Origin: a virus
Lineage: Duplodnaviria; Caudoviricetes
IMG/VR virus record: IMGVR_UViG_3300006129_000002
Location: 1 to 48,070 of that record
DNA: 48,070 nt
Reading direction: 5' to 3' (one strand)
In this document: in pieces, positions 9,979 through 18,705 of the stretch
Layout: each line of letters starts with the position of its first letter
Numbering within the stretch: position 1 is the stretch's first letter
Notes under the pieces: generated by a model
The model's database searches: none
Told to the model about the DNA's origin: nothing
The model's input: only the letters and a program-made list of their open reading frames with translations
Translations under genes and position numbers: made by a program

Positions 9979-10545
9979 ATGATTGACGTCGAGCAAACAA
10001 TCATTTCGCAATACGGCGCAAGCCCTATTCTGAATCAATTGATCCAGAATATGAATGCTTACATAGACCCGTCCGCGAACATAAATAGTTTCTACAACAT
10101 GGCGTGGAATGTGGACACGGCGGAAGGATGGGGCCTTGACGTATGGGGTCGCATCGTCGGCGTGTCGCGTGTCGTGCAAATCAGCCAGGTCTATCTAGGT
10201 TTCGGCGAGGCGGGGCGGTGGAACGCCTACGATTTTGGGGAAGGCATTTTCTACACGCCCGGCGCGGCGACGACCATCCCGCTTACGCTGGACGATTCGG
10301 CGTTCCGTCTGCTGATCCTAGCCAAAGCGCTGGCCAATATCTGCGTCGTGTCCGCGCCGTCGATTAATCAAATCTTGTTGAACCTGTTTCCCGGCCGGGG
10401 CAATTGCTACGTCGTGGACAACCTCGACATGACCTTCACTTTCAAATTTTTGTTCACGCTGTCGCTTGTTGAGCTCTTCATCGTGCAGAGCTCGGGAGCC
10501 CTTCCGCAACCCGCCGGCGTTTCGTTTAACGTCGTGACCCCATAG
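9979..10545 (+). CDS. Baseplate wedge protein (DUF2612)
   Basis: TIISQYGASP...WNVDTAEGWGLDVWGRIVGVSR...LPQPAGV. Confidence 0.85.
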   Translation: MIDVEQTIISQYGASPILNQLIQNMNAYIDPSANINSFYNMAWNVDTAEGWGLDVWGRIVGVSRVVQISQVYLGFGEAGRWNAYDFGEGIFYTPGAATTIPLTLDDSAFRLLILAKALANICVVSAPSINQILLNLFPGRGNCYVVDNLDMTFTFKFLFTLSLVELFIVQSSGALPQPAGVSFNVVTP

Positions 10546-10552
10546 GTGAACC

Positions 10553-11440
10553 ATGCAGTCCTCGGGCATTCCGGTCAAATTTGCTGCACCGTTCGCGCAT
10601 AGCGCCGGCGGCGGATACATATCGACACCCGTCCCGGCCACAACGGGCGCTTCCGGGCGCGCGGCGCTGGACACAGGCTTTCCGCCCGTCTGCTTCACGC
10701 CAGCGGCCAGCGGGGGCATTCCGCCGGCCGGCAAGGACTTCAACGGGCTATTCTATCAAATCACGTCATGGGACCAATGGTTTGCGGCCGGCGGCCCGGT
10801 TCCCTTTGACTCGACCTTTGCCACGACCATCGGGGGCTACCCGAAGGGCGCGATCCTAATCGACAACAGCTATTCCTTCCTCTACCTCAACACGTCAGAG
10901 AACAACACGACGGACCCCAACGCCTCGGGCGCGGGCTGGACGGTGCTTAACGCGGTGGCGGATGGCAGCGTGACCACGGCCAAGCTTGCGGCGCACGCGG
11001 TCTCCAACGCCAAGCTCGCGCAAATGGCCGCGGCGACCCTCAAGGGCAACAATACCGGCGGCACGGCGGACGCGGCGGACCTCACCGTTTCGCAAGTCCT
11101 GGCGCTTCTCAACATTTCCGGAACGATCCCGAACCTCAATTCAGCAGGGCATATTCGGATTGGCGCTTTCTTGATCAATTTCGGAACGCTGCACGTCGGC
11201 AATATCACGGGGGCCGCAGGCAATGGCGGCTCGGTATCCTTTGACCAGGCATTCGGTTCTGGCACGCCGTATGTCTTTCCCATCGGTCGCAACCAGCCCC
11301 TCAATAGCACGAATGGCGCTTTTGCCGTCTATGTGCTCGACGGCAGCATAAGCACATCCGGATGCACTCTGTGGGCGCAGGAGTGGGGCACGCTGGTCCA
11401 AGACCTTTATATTGACTACATCGCCTTCGGTATGGCTTGA
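10553..11440 (+). CDS. Short tail fibre protein
   Basis: GFPPVCFTPAASGGIPPAGKDFNG...IGGYPKGA N-terminal anchor, DGSVTTAKLA repeats and a small C-terminal beta domain. Confidence 0.75.
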   Translation: MQSSGIPVKFAAPFAHSAGGGYISTPVPATTGASGRAALDTGFPPVCFTPAASGGIPPAGKDFNGLFYQITSWDQWFAAGGPVPFDSTFATTIGGYPKGAILIDNSYSFLYLNTSENNTTDPNASGAGWTVLNAVADGSVTTAKLAAHAVSNAKLAQMAAATLKGNNTGGTADAADLTVSQVLALLNISGTIPNLNSAGHIRIGAFLINFGTLHVGNITGAAGNGGSVSFDQAFGSGTPYVFPIGRNQPLNSTNGAFAVYVLDGSISTSGCTLWAQEWGTLVQDLYIDYIAFGMA

Positions 11441-11474
11441 CGGCGGTGCGTATAATACGATAGACGCTTTGGGC

Positions 11475-11780
11475 ATGGAAAACACATGCCCCGAGTGTGG
11501 CGCTTCGTTCGCCCGCAAACACCATCGCCAGGTCTTTTGCACGCCCGCGCACAAGACACGCTTCTACAACGTCCAGTGCAAGCGGGGCGTCGTGATGGGG
11601 CCGCTTCTGGCCGTGTGGGCGCGCGGCCGTCGCAAGCCGACCGAACAGACCCGCTATGCCTTTGCGCAAATGTGCGCGCTCGAAAGCGAATGGGCGCGGG
11701 AAGACAAGGCGGCCGGCCGCAATCCGGCGCTTGTCGTGGCGATCAAACAAGAGCTCGGATGGATCGCGGCGGACCTTTAG
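11475..11780 (+). CDS. Small zinc-finger protein
   Basis: CPECG...FCTPAH Cys/His pattern; ATG 11475 is preceded by an intergenic TTGACG. Confidence 0.6.
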   Translation: MENTCPECGASFARKHHRQVFCTPAHKTRFYNVQCKRGVVMGPLLAVWARGRRKPTEQTRYAFAQMCALESEWAREDKAAGRNPALVVAIKQELGWIAADL

Positions 11781-13981
11781 TCCACCTTGCGATAGCGCCG
11801 ACCGCGCCAACCCCCGGCGGCGCGAATCGGCCAATCGTGCGCCCACTCGGGCATGACCATCATGAGCCTTTCGAATTCCTCGATGCTCCCCGCGCCAATC
11901 GGCACCTCGCCGACGTTTTCGTCATAGACGTGCAGAACCATCGGATACCCGGCGAGACGCAATAGCTTGATGCTATGGCGCTGAATGTCATGTGCGGTGG
12001 CCTGGACGATATTTTCTGTCAGCCGGCCCCCATAGGTCTGCATCGTGACCCAACCCATGGGACCATATTGCGGGTTGCTGTTCCACGTGTTGTAGGTGAT
12101 CGCATATTCGCTCGGATCACGTTGCGACGGGCTTAGGCGCGGATTGTGATAGGTAAGTTCGCGCCCCGACAAGAGCCGGATGATCAGCGCGTCGCCTCGC
12201 ATATAGAATTTGATCCCGCGATAATCGAACGTCGCGCCAGGGTGCAGAATGGCTAGGATCGCCATGCCTTCGACGCCATAATACTCTTGCCGACGGTCAC
12301 GATCCCACGGACGTCCGCGGTGCTGGCCGCCCCACATCTCGACAATTGCCGGCGACGCCTCGCGCCACGCCAGAATGTGGCCCTTGATCTCGTCTTCGGT
12401 GAACGTCCCGGAGTCATCGAACCGGAGCCAGGCGGCCAGCCAACCCCCAAAACCAAGCCCGAGCTCTGCCACCTTGCCGATCTTTTGCCGGTCAGGGTGA
12501 TGCGCGCCGGTCCGCGCCTTGTGCTCAAGATACACATCGAGCGGTGTGCCCGTGATCTTGGACGCGCTCAAATAATAGATCGGGAGGTTGTCCCGGAATG
12601 CATCGATGCGCCATTGCTCGCCGGCCATCATGGCGATAACCACCGCCTCAATGGCGCTATAGTCCGACGCGATGAGCTCATAACCGTCGCGCGCCACGAA
12701 GAGTCCGCGGAGCACGCCCGAAATGCACAAGAGCGCATCGCCGAAATAGTGCTCGACTAGCTGAAGGTTCCGGCACGACATGACGTCAAGCACGGACTGG
12801 ACATACTCCGGAGCCCATTTGCCCGGCTTGTTCTCGGCAATCGTCCCGCACCAGGGGCAAACTATGTGCCGTTCCGCAAAAGGGGCCTCACAGGCGACGC
12901 ACAGACGCAGCGGAGGGCCTGCCTTGGGCAAGTTGAGGGGTTGAGGGCCTTCACCCGTCGGGCGGCCTGTACGGGCTCCGTGATGCTGGAGAAGGTCACG
13001 CAGGCGATCATCTCGACACGCCTGATTCTCCATCGCATAGAGCTTTTTGACGCTCGCCGATCCAAGTAGCTGGCGCACCTCAAGGACGCGCCTGGCGTCC
13101 GCCGGCATGAACGGATCGAGAAGGGCCGCATCCACCGCATCGGCGTCCATCGAGCGCATATGGACGCCTCGCGAACGCAACCAGCCCTGCAACTGCTGAA
13201 GTTGAGTCGGCTCGATCCCGCCGGTCAGGTCGCGAAGCTCCTGGCCATATTGCGCGTGCGCCTGTTCCAACACGGCGATACAGTCGCGCACGGCAGCGCG
13301 GTCGATTCCTAGCCCGCGGTGATTGATCTCCTGATCGATCCACCAGAACAGCAGTTCGTCGGGCGTCATTTCGGGCATACGGGTCGCGGCGCCGTCTTCG
13401 GCAATCACGTCCGTGTCGCAGTAGGCACAAAGCCGCTCGAAGTCGGCCGGATCGTCTTGCGGCCGGATGCGCGTCCGGGGGTCTTTCTTGGTCGGATCGC
13501 GCGGCATTGAGAATTTATCCAGTAGCCGCTTGCCGTCCTTGTCCTTGGGCACGGGAAGGCGCAACACCTCGGACAGATCGCCCAATGCGCCAGGGTATTG
13601 GTTGACGCGCGCCGTGGCCATGCTGCAGCGCTGTTGATAGGGATTGAGGGCCGGCCAGCCATGCCGGGGCGTAAGCACGTTCTCCCATATCAAGCGCTCA
13701 AACATGGCCTTATGCGATTCAATCGCTCCGCCCTGTTCGAGCCAGCGCATCAAGTCCGCCGGCGGCGGCTCGCCTGGACGCCAGCGCTTCACCTCTTGAC
13801 CGGGCAGCATATACGAGGCGGTCAACACCTCCGTCGTCGGGTGCTCGCAATAGGCGGCGGTTCCTACCGCCCTGATCCCCTTATTGCGTGCGCCAGGGGG
13901 CGCGCCCCATTTGCCGCGCTCTTCGTCCCATATGAAACCAGCTTCGCTATAGGTCTCGACGTCAAAACGCGCGGCTAACAT
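11777..13981 (-). CDS. Family A DNA polymerase with 3'-5' exonuclease
   Basis: ExoI DVETYS, ExoIII YCDTDV, motif A SDYSAIE, motif B RQKIGKVAELGLGFGG, motif C HVYDE. Confidence 0.93.
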   Translation of the reverse strand: MLAARFDVETYSEAGFIWDEERGKWGAPPGARNKGIRAVGTAAYCEHPTTEVLTASYMLPGQEVKRWRPGEPPPADLMRWLEQGGAIESHKAMFERLIWENVLTPRHGWPALNPYQQRCSMATARVNQYPGALGDLSEVLRLPVPKDKDGKRLLDKFSMPRDPTKKDPRTRIRPQDDPADFERLCAYCDTDVIAEDGAATRMPEMTPDELLFWWIDQEINHRGLGIDRAAVRDCIAVLEQAHAQYGQELRDLTGGIEPTQLQQLQGWLRSRGVHMRSMDADAVDAALLDPFMPADARRVLEVRQLLGSASVKKLYAMENQACRDDRLRDLLQHHGARTGRPTGEGPQPLNLPKAGPPLRLCVACEAPFAERHIVCPWCGTIAENKPGKWAPEYVQSVLDVMSCRNLQLVEHYFGDALLCISGVLRGLFVARDGYELIASDYSAIEAVVIAMMAGEQWRIDAFRDNLPIYYLSASKITGTPLDVYLEHKARTGAHHPDRQKIGKVAELGLGFGGWLAAWLRFDDSGTFTEDEIKGHILAWREASPAIVEMWGGQHRGRPWDRDRRQEYYGVEGMAILAILHPGATFDYRGIKFYMRGDALIIRLLSGRELTYHNPRLSPSQRDPSEYAITYNTWNSNPQYGPMGWVTMQTYGGRLTENIVQATAHDIQRHSIKLLRLAGYPMVLHVYDENVGEVPIGAGSIEEFERLMMVMPEWAHDWPIRAAGGWRGRRYRKVD

Positions 13982-14994
13982 TCCATGTATGCCTCTATGA
14001 ACCCCTGAGCTTGCGCGATGTTGATCGCGTTACCATAGCCGCGCAATCGTCCCACTCGGGCGGGAGCCCCATGAGCCAGCGGGAATGTGCCGGGTTCAAC
14101 TGGCCGCCATTTTCCATCCCGGCAGAAGAGCCAGTCAGCATCTCGCCAGAGACCGTTAGTCGGGCCGAAGTTGCAAGGTTCGCCTGCCGCGGTAACTGGT
14201 CGAACCGTTCCGAACCGTCCGCTCTCGGCCTGATGTCCACCCCGCTGTCCTTCCAGTCTCTGGTGGTGGTGGTGACCCATCCCGCCAACGCCGCATCCGC
14301 CGGCAGCGCCCCGCCCGCTTGGTTCGGTCCCCCGTGCGACCCGTCCGTCGCCCTCGGCGTGTTCCACCCGGCCAGATGACAAGCCTGTCCTAGGGGAAGC
14401 CCCGCCCCGTTGCCATTCCCGTGCTTCGCCTTCAGCCGCTCCAGCCGCTGCATGTGCTTCTCGGGGTCCGCGAAAACGTTCATCGCCTGCGCGTCCGGCG
14501 TCGGCCACCCAATACAGTCGCTGTCGGATGTGCGGCGCGCCGAAGCCCGCAGCGCAGGTATCGACCGCCCCGAAGGCGTAACCCGCGCCTTCCATGTCAG
14601 CCGATACAAGGTCGAGCCAACCGAGGCCGTCCTTGCTCGCAACCTGTTCGCCAAACACGACTGGAGGACGGCACTCTCCGATGAGATGGAAGAACGCGGG
14701 CCAAAGGTGCCGCTCGTCATCAAACCCGCCGCCTTTGCCTGCCGCGCTGAAAGGTTGACAGGGGCAAGACCCGGTCCAGAGGGGCCTTTCGTCAGGCCAG
14801 CCAGCAAGACGCGCAGCAAGCGGCCATCCTCCGATTCCGGCGAAGAAATGGCATTGAGTGTAACCTTCAAGGTCATTGGGCTGAACGTCCACTATCGAGC
14901 GGCGATCCACGACGCCGAGCGGAAGGTGGCCGCAGCGGATCAGCGACTCAAGCCAATCCGCCGCGGCGTTGTCGAATTCATTGTAGTAGATCAT
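13975..14994 (-). CDS. DNA cytosine-C5 methyltransferase, large (alpha) polypeptide
   Basis: Start MIYYNEFD. Motif I FFAGIGG, IV GSCPCQPFS, VI GEQV, VIII HIRQRLYWVA, X RLRGYGNAI. Confidence 0.9.
   Translation of the reverse strand: MIYYNEFDNAAADWLESLIRCGHLPLGVVDRRSIVDVQPNDLEGYTQCHFFAGIGGWPLAARLAGWPDERPLWTGSCPCQPFSAAGKGGGFDDERHLWPAFFHLIGECRPPVVFGEQVASKDGLGWLDLVSADMEGAGYAFGAVDTCAAGFGAPHIRQRLYWVADAGRAGDERFRGPREAHAAAGAAEGEAREWQRGGASPRTGLSSGRVEHAEGDGRVARGTEPSGRGAAGGCGVGGMGHHHHQRLEGQRGGHQAESGRFGTVRPVTAAGEPCNFGPTNGLWRDADWLFCRDGKWRPVEPGTFPLAHGAPARVGRLRGYGNAINIAQAQGFIEAYMEC
13995..14876 (-). CDS. C5-MTase second (beta) polypeptide in an overlapping +1 frame (TRD-like repeats + motif IX)
   Basis: WPTPDA / WNTPRATD / WVTTTTRDWKD repeats and GQLNPAHSRWLMGLPPEW. 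Exact start uncertain. Confidence 0.72.
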   Translation of the reverse strand: MTLKVTLNAISSPESEDGRLLRVLLAGLTKGPSGPGLAPVNLSARQAKAAGLMTSGTFGPRSSISSESAVLQSCLANRLRARTASVGSTLYRLTWKARVTPSGRSIPALRASARRTSDSDCIGWPTPDAQAMNVFADPEKHMQRLERLKAKHGNGNGAGLPLGQACHLAGWNTPRATDGSHGGPNQAGGALPADAALAGWVTTTTRDWKDSGVDIRPRADGSERFDQLPRQANLATSARLTVSGEMLTGSSAGMENGGQLNPAHSRWLMGLPPEWDDCAAMVTRSTSRKLRGS

Positions 14995-15095
14995 GACGAC
15001 GCGTAGGCCATCCCAATTGCGCACGCATAGATGATCAGGCCTAGAACGGCGGTGATCAGGGCGGCATCGACCGCCATCCAGAAAAACCGATTCAT
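14991..15095 (-). CDS. 34-aa membrane peptide
   Basis: MNRFFWMAVDAALITAVLGLIIYACAIGMAYASS; exactly fills the gap with ATGA overlaps on both sides. Confidence 0.6.
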   Translation of the reverse strand: MNRFFWMAVDAALITAVLGLIIYACAIGMAYASS

Positions 15096-15793
15096 GCCTT
15101 GGGCCTCGCAATAAGGGTTTGCGCCACGCCGTCGCGCATTTCGTGCGCCTTGATCGTGGCTTTGACGGTGATGGCTCCGCGATCCCAACCTTTGGAGCCC
15201 TTGTAGACGATCACGTTGCCGTCGGCGTCGTGGCAAATGTTGACATAAAGGTTGCCGAACTCGCTGGCGAAAGTGAGGACGTTTTTGACCGTCAACGAGA
15301 AGTCCCGCCGCTCGCCCACAGAGCCCACGTGGCGGCTTGTCGCGGAGTCGTGAGCCTTTTGCTCGGCCCGGCGCGCATCGCGCTCCACGGCGTAGCCCTC
15401 GGCCTTGGCGAGCGCTTCCCGGAGCAATTGGGTAATGCGTTGCGACGGTGCGCCCCAATGCCCAAAACCCCGCTCGCATTCACGCCACAAGAAATTGCCG
15501 TAATCGCCTGTCGGCCAACGGACTTTGGCGGGGGCAGTCGTGCACGTGCAATGCGGCCGACCGTCAAGGCAGGCTTCGGAGTGATCAGGATAACCGTCGT
15601 CGCCCATGATGCATTGCGGCCCAAGAACCGATTGCGCGGCAAACTCGCCCTCCTGGCGATAATATGCAATGAGGCGCTTGCCGTCCGGATTGTCGGCCAG
15701 CCATTGCTTTGCGCGCTTGGCATTGGCTCGCATGTGAATGGAGTGCTTGACGGCGTTATCGTAGGCGTCGGGATACTCAATGTCGGCTCGCAT
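15092..15793 (-). CDS. Hypothetical protein with C-terminal OB-fold-like domain
   Basis: SD TAGGAG upstream. C-term HVGSVGERRDF...DADGNVIVYKG...VKATIKAH...QTLIARP. Confidence 0.7.
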   Translation of the reverse strand: MRADIEYPDAYDNAVKHSIHMRANAKRAKQWLADNPDGKRLIAYYRQEGEFAAQSVLGPQCIMGDDGYPDHSEACLDGRPHCTCTTAPAKVRWPTGDYGNFLWRECERGFGHWGAPSQRITQLLREALAKAEGYAVERDARRAEQKAHDSATSRHVGSVGERRDFSLTVKNVLTFASEFGNLYVNICHDADGNVIVYKGSKGWDRGAITVKATIKAHEMRDGVAQTLIARPKA

Positions 15794-15810
15794 TGCCCTG
15801 ATCTCCTAAG

Positions 15811-15849
15811 TTGACGGGGCCATCATATTGACTTTGACGGCCCCGTCAA
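15811..15849 (-). promoter_or_regulatory. Promoter with tandem palindromic operators
   Basis: Perfect TTGACG-GCCC-CGTCAA (15834-15849) plus a degenerate copy (15811-15826). Minus strand reads TTGACG-N16-TATGAT, then SD and ATG 15793. Confidence 0.7.
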
Positions 15850-15856
15850 TCTCATT

Positions 15857-16774
15857 CTAGCCCACGACGTAACCTTGCTCCACCAATTGCGCATGGGTCC
15901 AGCCTTGCGCGATGAACGCATCGTAAGTCGCGCCGGCGGCCTTGGCGGTCATTTGCGGACCAGCCGGCGGCGCGGGAGGGGCGACGGGCGGGATGTATCC
16001 GCCGTAGGGTTGCGGTGGTGCGACGGGTGGCCCTTGAACCGATATGACGAGCGGCTGATGCGGGATAGGCGGTGCGGCAATGGGCGGCGCAATAGCTACT
16101 TGCGGGGCATTAAGGTGCGCGACCGGCGATGGCATCGGACCCGACGCCACAGGGATATGCGATGCGCCAGGGGGAAGGGCCGCCGGCGCTCCGAAGGCTT
16201 CGTTGGCGTCTGGGCCGCTCACGATCTCCGGGCCATAGCCCGAGAGCTCCAAGAGCGACAGGTTGACATACAGCCCCGGCTTCTGGACGTCGCCATTGGG
16301 CTGAACGTTGCCATTGACCCGCACGTAATATCCGGTCTTGATCGCCTTCGCGTCATAAATTTGATCGGCCGGGTCATAGCGGCCAGCGTGAAAGCACTTG
16401 GGCGCGAAACCCGAGGTGAACCGCACGACCCAATGGCCCGCAAAGCCCTCGCGCGACGACCAGGGCTTGCCCGTCGTGTCGAACCCGTCGCCATCGATGA
16501 TCTTCCACGCGAACGAAGGAAGGATGCACGGACCGCCGCCGGGGAACAGGTTGGGAAAGCCAGCCCGCGCCTCCGCGTCGAGAATCGCATAGAACGCCGG
16601 CCAGGCCGGATCGGTCTTGGCGAAGGCCACGGCCACGAACCATTGCGGCGACGGCTGGCCGGCGTTCGGCCCGGACTTGACGACGCGGAGATTACCCTTC
16701 TGATCCTTGGTTTGCGGCTCGAAGGGGGAGCCCTGGACCAATCGGCCCACGGGCGTGGTAAAGATGCTCGCCAT
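15857..16774 (-). CDS. Putative ssDNA-binding protein with Pro-rich C-terminal tail
   Basis: TPVGRLVQGS...FAWKIIDGD...IKTGYYVRV...PGLYVNL; located next to the Cas4-like nuclease and polymerase. Confidence 0.65.
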   Translation of the reverse strand: MASIFTTPVGRLVQGSPFEPQTKDQKGNLRVVKSGPNAGQPSPQWFVAVAFAKTDPAWPAFYAILDAEARAGFPNLFPGGGPCILPSFAWKIIDGDGFDTTGKPWSSREGFAGHWVVRFTSGFAPKCFHAGRYDPADQIYDAKAIKTGYYVRVNGNVQPNGDVQKPGLYVNLSLLELSGYGPEIVSGPDANEAFGAPAALPPGASHIPVASGPMPSPVAHLNAPQVAIAPPIAAPPIPHQPLVISVQGPPVAPPQPYGGYIPPVAPPAPPAGPQMTAKAAGATYDAFIAQGWTHAQLVEQGYVVG

Positions 16775-17889
16775 TAGCTAAAAGCCTTCCTTGCTGAATT
16801 TGCATCGACCGGAACCAACGTTGTCCCCGCCGGCGGGCGTTCCGAAAAACCCTCCGTCGATACCCCGAGTTTGCGAGCTTGCGCCGGCGTGATCGGGACT
16901 TTCTTGATCAACTCGACGTCATAGGCTTGCGCGAGGAATTCCACCTCTGCAACTGACGCCGTCCATTTCTCCCGCCCCTGGCCGCCCGGACCCATGCCCC
17001 AAAAAGGGATGGATTGACCTTGGCGCAACAGCGCTTCGACCGTCGCCGACAACCCGGTTTCGAGCGCTTCGAGGCGCTTGATCGCGCCCCGGACGTGACG
17101 AAGCATGAGCCCCATCGCCGCCGGCGAGAGCTCCGCCGGAATGCTGTCCCCGCTCTGATCGAGCAAGACGTTCCCGACCCGCAACAGCGTCGGGCAATAG
17201 ACCGCCGCACTGCAATCCGCGCATTGATCGCCCGTCCGCGTCGGCGCGTTGTGAACCTTGGCAATGTGCGCTGCTTCCTGCAACTGCTCAATCAGCGTCC
17301 ATGCCTCATGGCCTAGCAGACGCCAAGTCTTGAGCGGACCGCCGGGCCGGAAGCAACGGGGCTGGAAAACGTTGAGGCTGATCTCCCAACCCTTCACGTC
17401 CGCCCGCGTCAACTCGCATCGCTCGACGATCCCGGCGACGTAAGCCAGGAGCACGGGGTTCCCCTCCGCCAGCACTTCACGGTGGCCGTATTTGTATTCA
17501 AACACCGTGATTTTATGGCGAGTGAAGTCCACGGAATAAAGATCGGGCCGCCCATCACAGTCCGGGTGAATGAGCCCCGGAGCGCTGATCGGCTGTTCGA
17601 TGTTCCATTCGACGCCATCGGGCAAGACGCCGATGAGCTCGCATCCGTGCTCGATCATATCCGCGTCGATGGGCACGCCATTGGGCGCAATGTGACCCTC
17701 TGGCCAGTATGTCCCCTTGACGGCTTCCAGCGCCCAAAAATGCCCGGCCGTCCCCTCCCGTCGCGCCTCGCTGTCTCCCGTGCGAGGATAGGTTTTGCCC
17801 AACGCAAAACTACCCGCGCACCGCGACCATAGCCCGGCGTCGCTCATGGCGAGCGTGCCGGGCACAGGGAGATCGTAAACCGGCGTCAC
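16774..17889 (-). CDS. Cas4-like / DUF2800 PD-(D/E)xK exonuclease
   Basis: WSRCAGS, EGTAGH, GRPDL, EYKYG, CADCSAAVYCP. Confidence 0.8.
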   Translation of the reverse strand: MTPVYDLPVPGTLAMSDAGLWSRCAGSFALGKTYPRTGDSEARREGTAGHFWALEAVKGTYWPEGHIAPNGVPIDADMIEHGCELIGVLPDGVEWNIEQPISAPGLIHPDCDGRPDLYSVDFTRHKITVFEYKYGHREVLAEGNPVLLAYVAGIVERCELTRADVKGWEISLNVFQPRCFRPGGPLKTWRLLGHEAWTLIEQLQEAAHIAKVHNAPTRTGDQCADCSAAVYCPTLLRVGNVLLDQSGDSIPAELSPAAMGLMLRHVRGAIKRLEALETGLSATVEALLRQGQSIPFWGMGPGGQGREKWTASVAEVEFLAQAYDVELIKKVPITPAQARKLGVSTEGFSERPPAGTTLVPVDANSARKAFS

Positions 17890-18623
17890 GATGCGTATGC
17901 GTCAATGACGGCGTTAAAGTCGGCGATCAGGTCCGTGCGCTGGATCAGGTCCGCAATTTTCTTGATCCCGACCGCGTCGCACGCTTGTGCCGTCTCGACC
18001 ACAGTAAGCTTGCCCGAAGTCTGCAACGCGTTGACCTTTTTCATGATCTCCGGGAACGTCATGGGCGCGACGTCAGCGGGCGGCGGCGGCGGAGCAACCG
18101 GAGCCATCGGCGCAGGTGGAGGCGTAACCGGCAACTCGCCGGCCAGGGCTTCACGATCAATGAGCGGCTCGGGCTCGACCGGGGGCGCGGGCGGGTCGGA
18201 CATGAGCGGCCCGGCATTGCCTTGAATTGCCCGAAGCTCCGCCTCGACCTTCACCTTCAGGCTCTCTTGGATATTCCGGCGAGCGCGCCACGTTCCGTCC
18301 GCATTGAGCGCGCGGCTCGATGAGTGAATGCGTTCGTCCCACGGAAAACCCGCGCTATCAACAGATGGGGCAGCGCCAGGGGTCACGGCAGGCGCGACAG
18401 GAATAGGAGCCAAAGGGGGCGACGATCCAAAGGCTTCGGCCGGGCTGACTTCGCGCACCGGTTCGACAGTGGCAACGATGCGCTCGGGCTCAAAAGTCTC
18501 GCCGCTATATCGATTCAGCCCCGTCTGCACGGCGTCAAGCGATACCGACGAAAGCAGGTAAGACAGCCCTTCGACATCGTCCGCCGTGAGCGACGCCGTG
18601 TCGAATTCAATTTTGATCCCCAT
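17886..18623 (-). CDS. Conserved phage hypothetical protein (Pro-rich)
   Basis: DSAGFPWDERIHSSSRALNADGTWRARR; GGAG SD; first gene of the leftward operon. Confidence 0.7.
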   Translation of the reverse strand: MGIKIEFDTASLTADDVEGLSYLLSSVSLDAVQTGLNRYSGETFEPERIVATVEPVREVSPAEAFGSSPPLAPIPVAPAVTPGAAPSVDSAGFPWDERIHSSSRALNADGTWRARRNIQESLKVKVEAELRAIQGNAGPLMSDPPAPPVEPEPLIDREALAGELPVTPPPAPMAPVAPPPPPADVAPMTFPEIMKKVNALQTSGKLTVVETAQACDAVGIKKIADLIQRTDLIADFNAVIDAYAS

Positions 18624-18641
18624 GGGGTGATGCTCCAGATT

Positions 18642-18689
18642 AAGATTGACGCGACACGGTTAGAATGGAATGACGGACCCGTCAATCTA
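18642..18689. promoter_or_regulatory. Divergent promoter region with palindromic operator
   Basis: ATGACG-GACC-CGTCAA (18670-18685) and AGATTGACG...CGTCAATCT inverted arms between divergent genes. Confidence 0.65.
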
Positions 18690-18705
18690 AATCATTCGGT
18701 GGTTC

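Noticed and set aside
11437-11456. Consensus TTGACG/TATAAT promoter
   Set aside because: The two boxes are only 8 nt apart. A promoter may exist here, but not with this pairing.
15875-16777. 300-aa plus-strand ORF antisense to the SSB gene (similarly 5415..6308, 42105..42995, 4900..5631, 23535..24230)
   Set aside because: These are antisense shadows expected in GC-rich coding DNA, with no recognisable motifs, unlike the intein-nested ORF.
16774-17889. Cas4 as part of a CRISPR-Cas system
   Set aside because: No array or other cas genes are present; it is a typical phage replication/recombination exonuclease.
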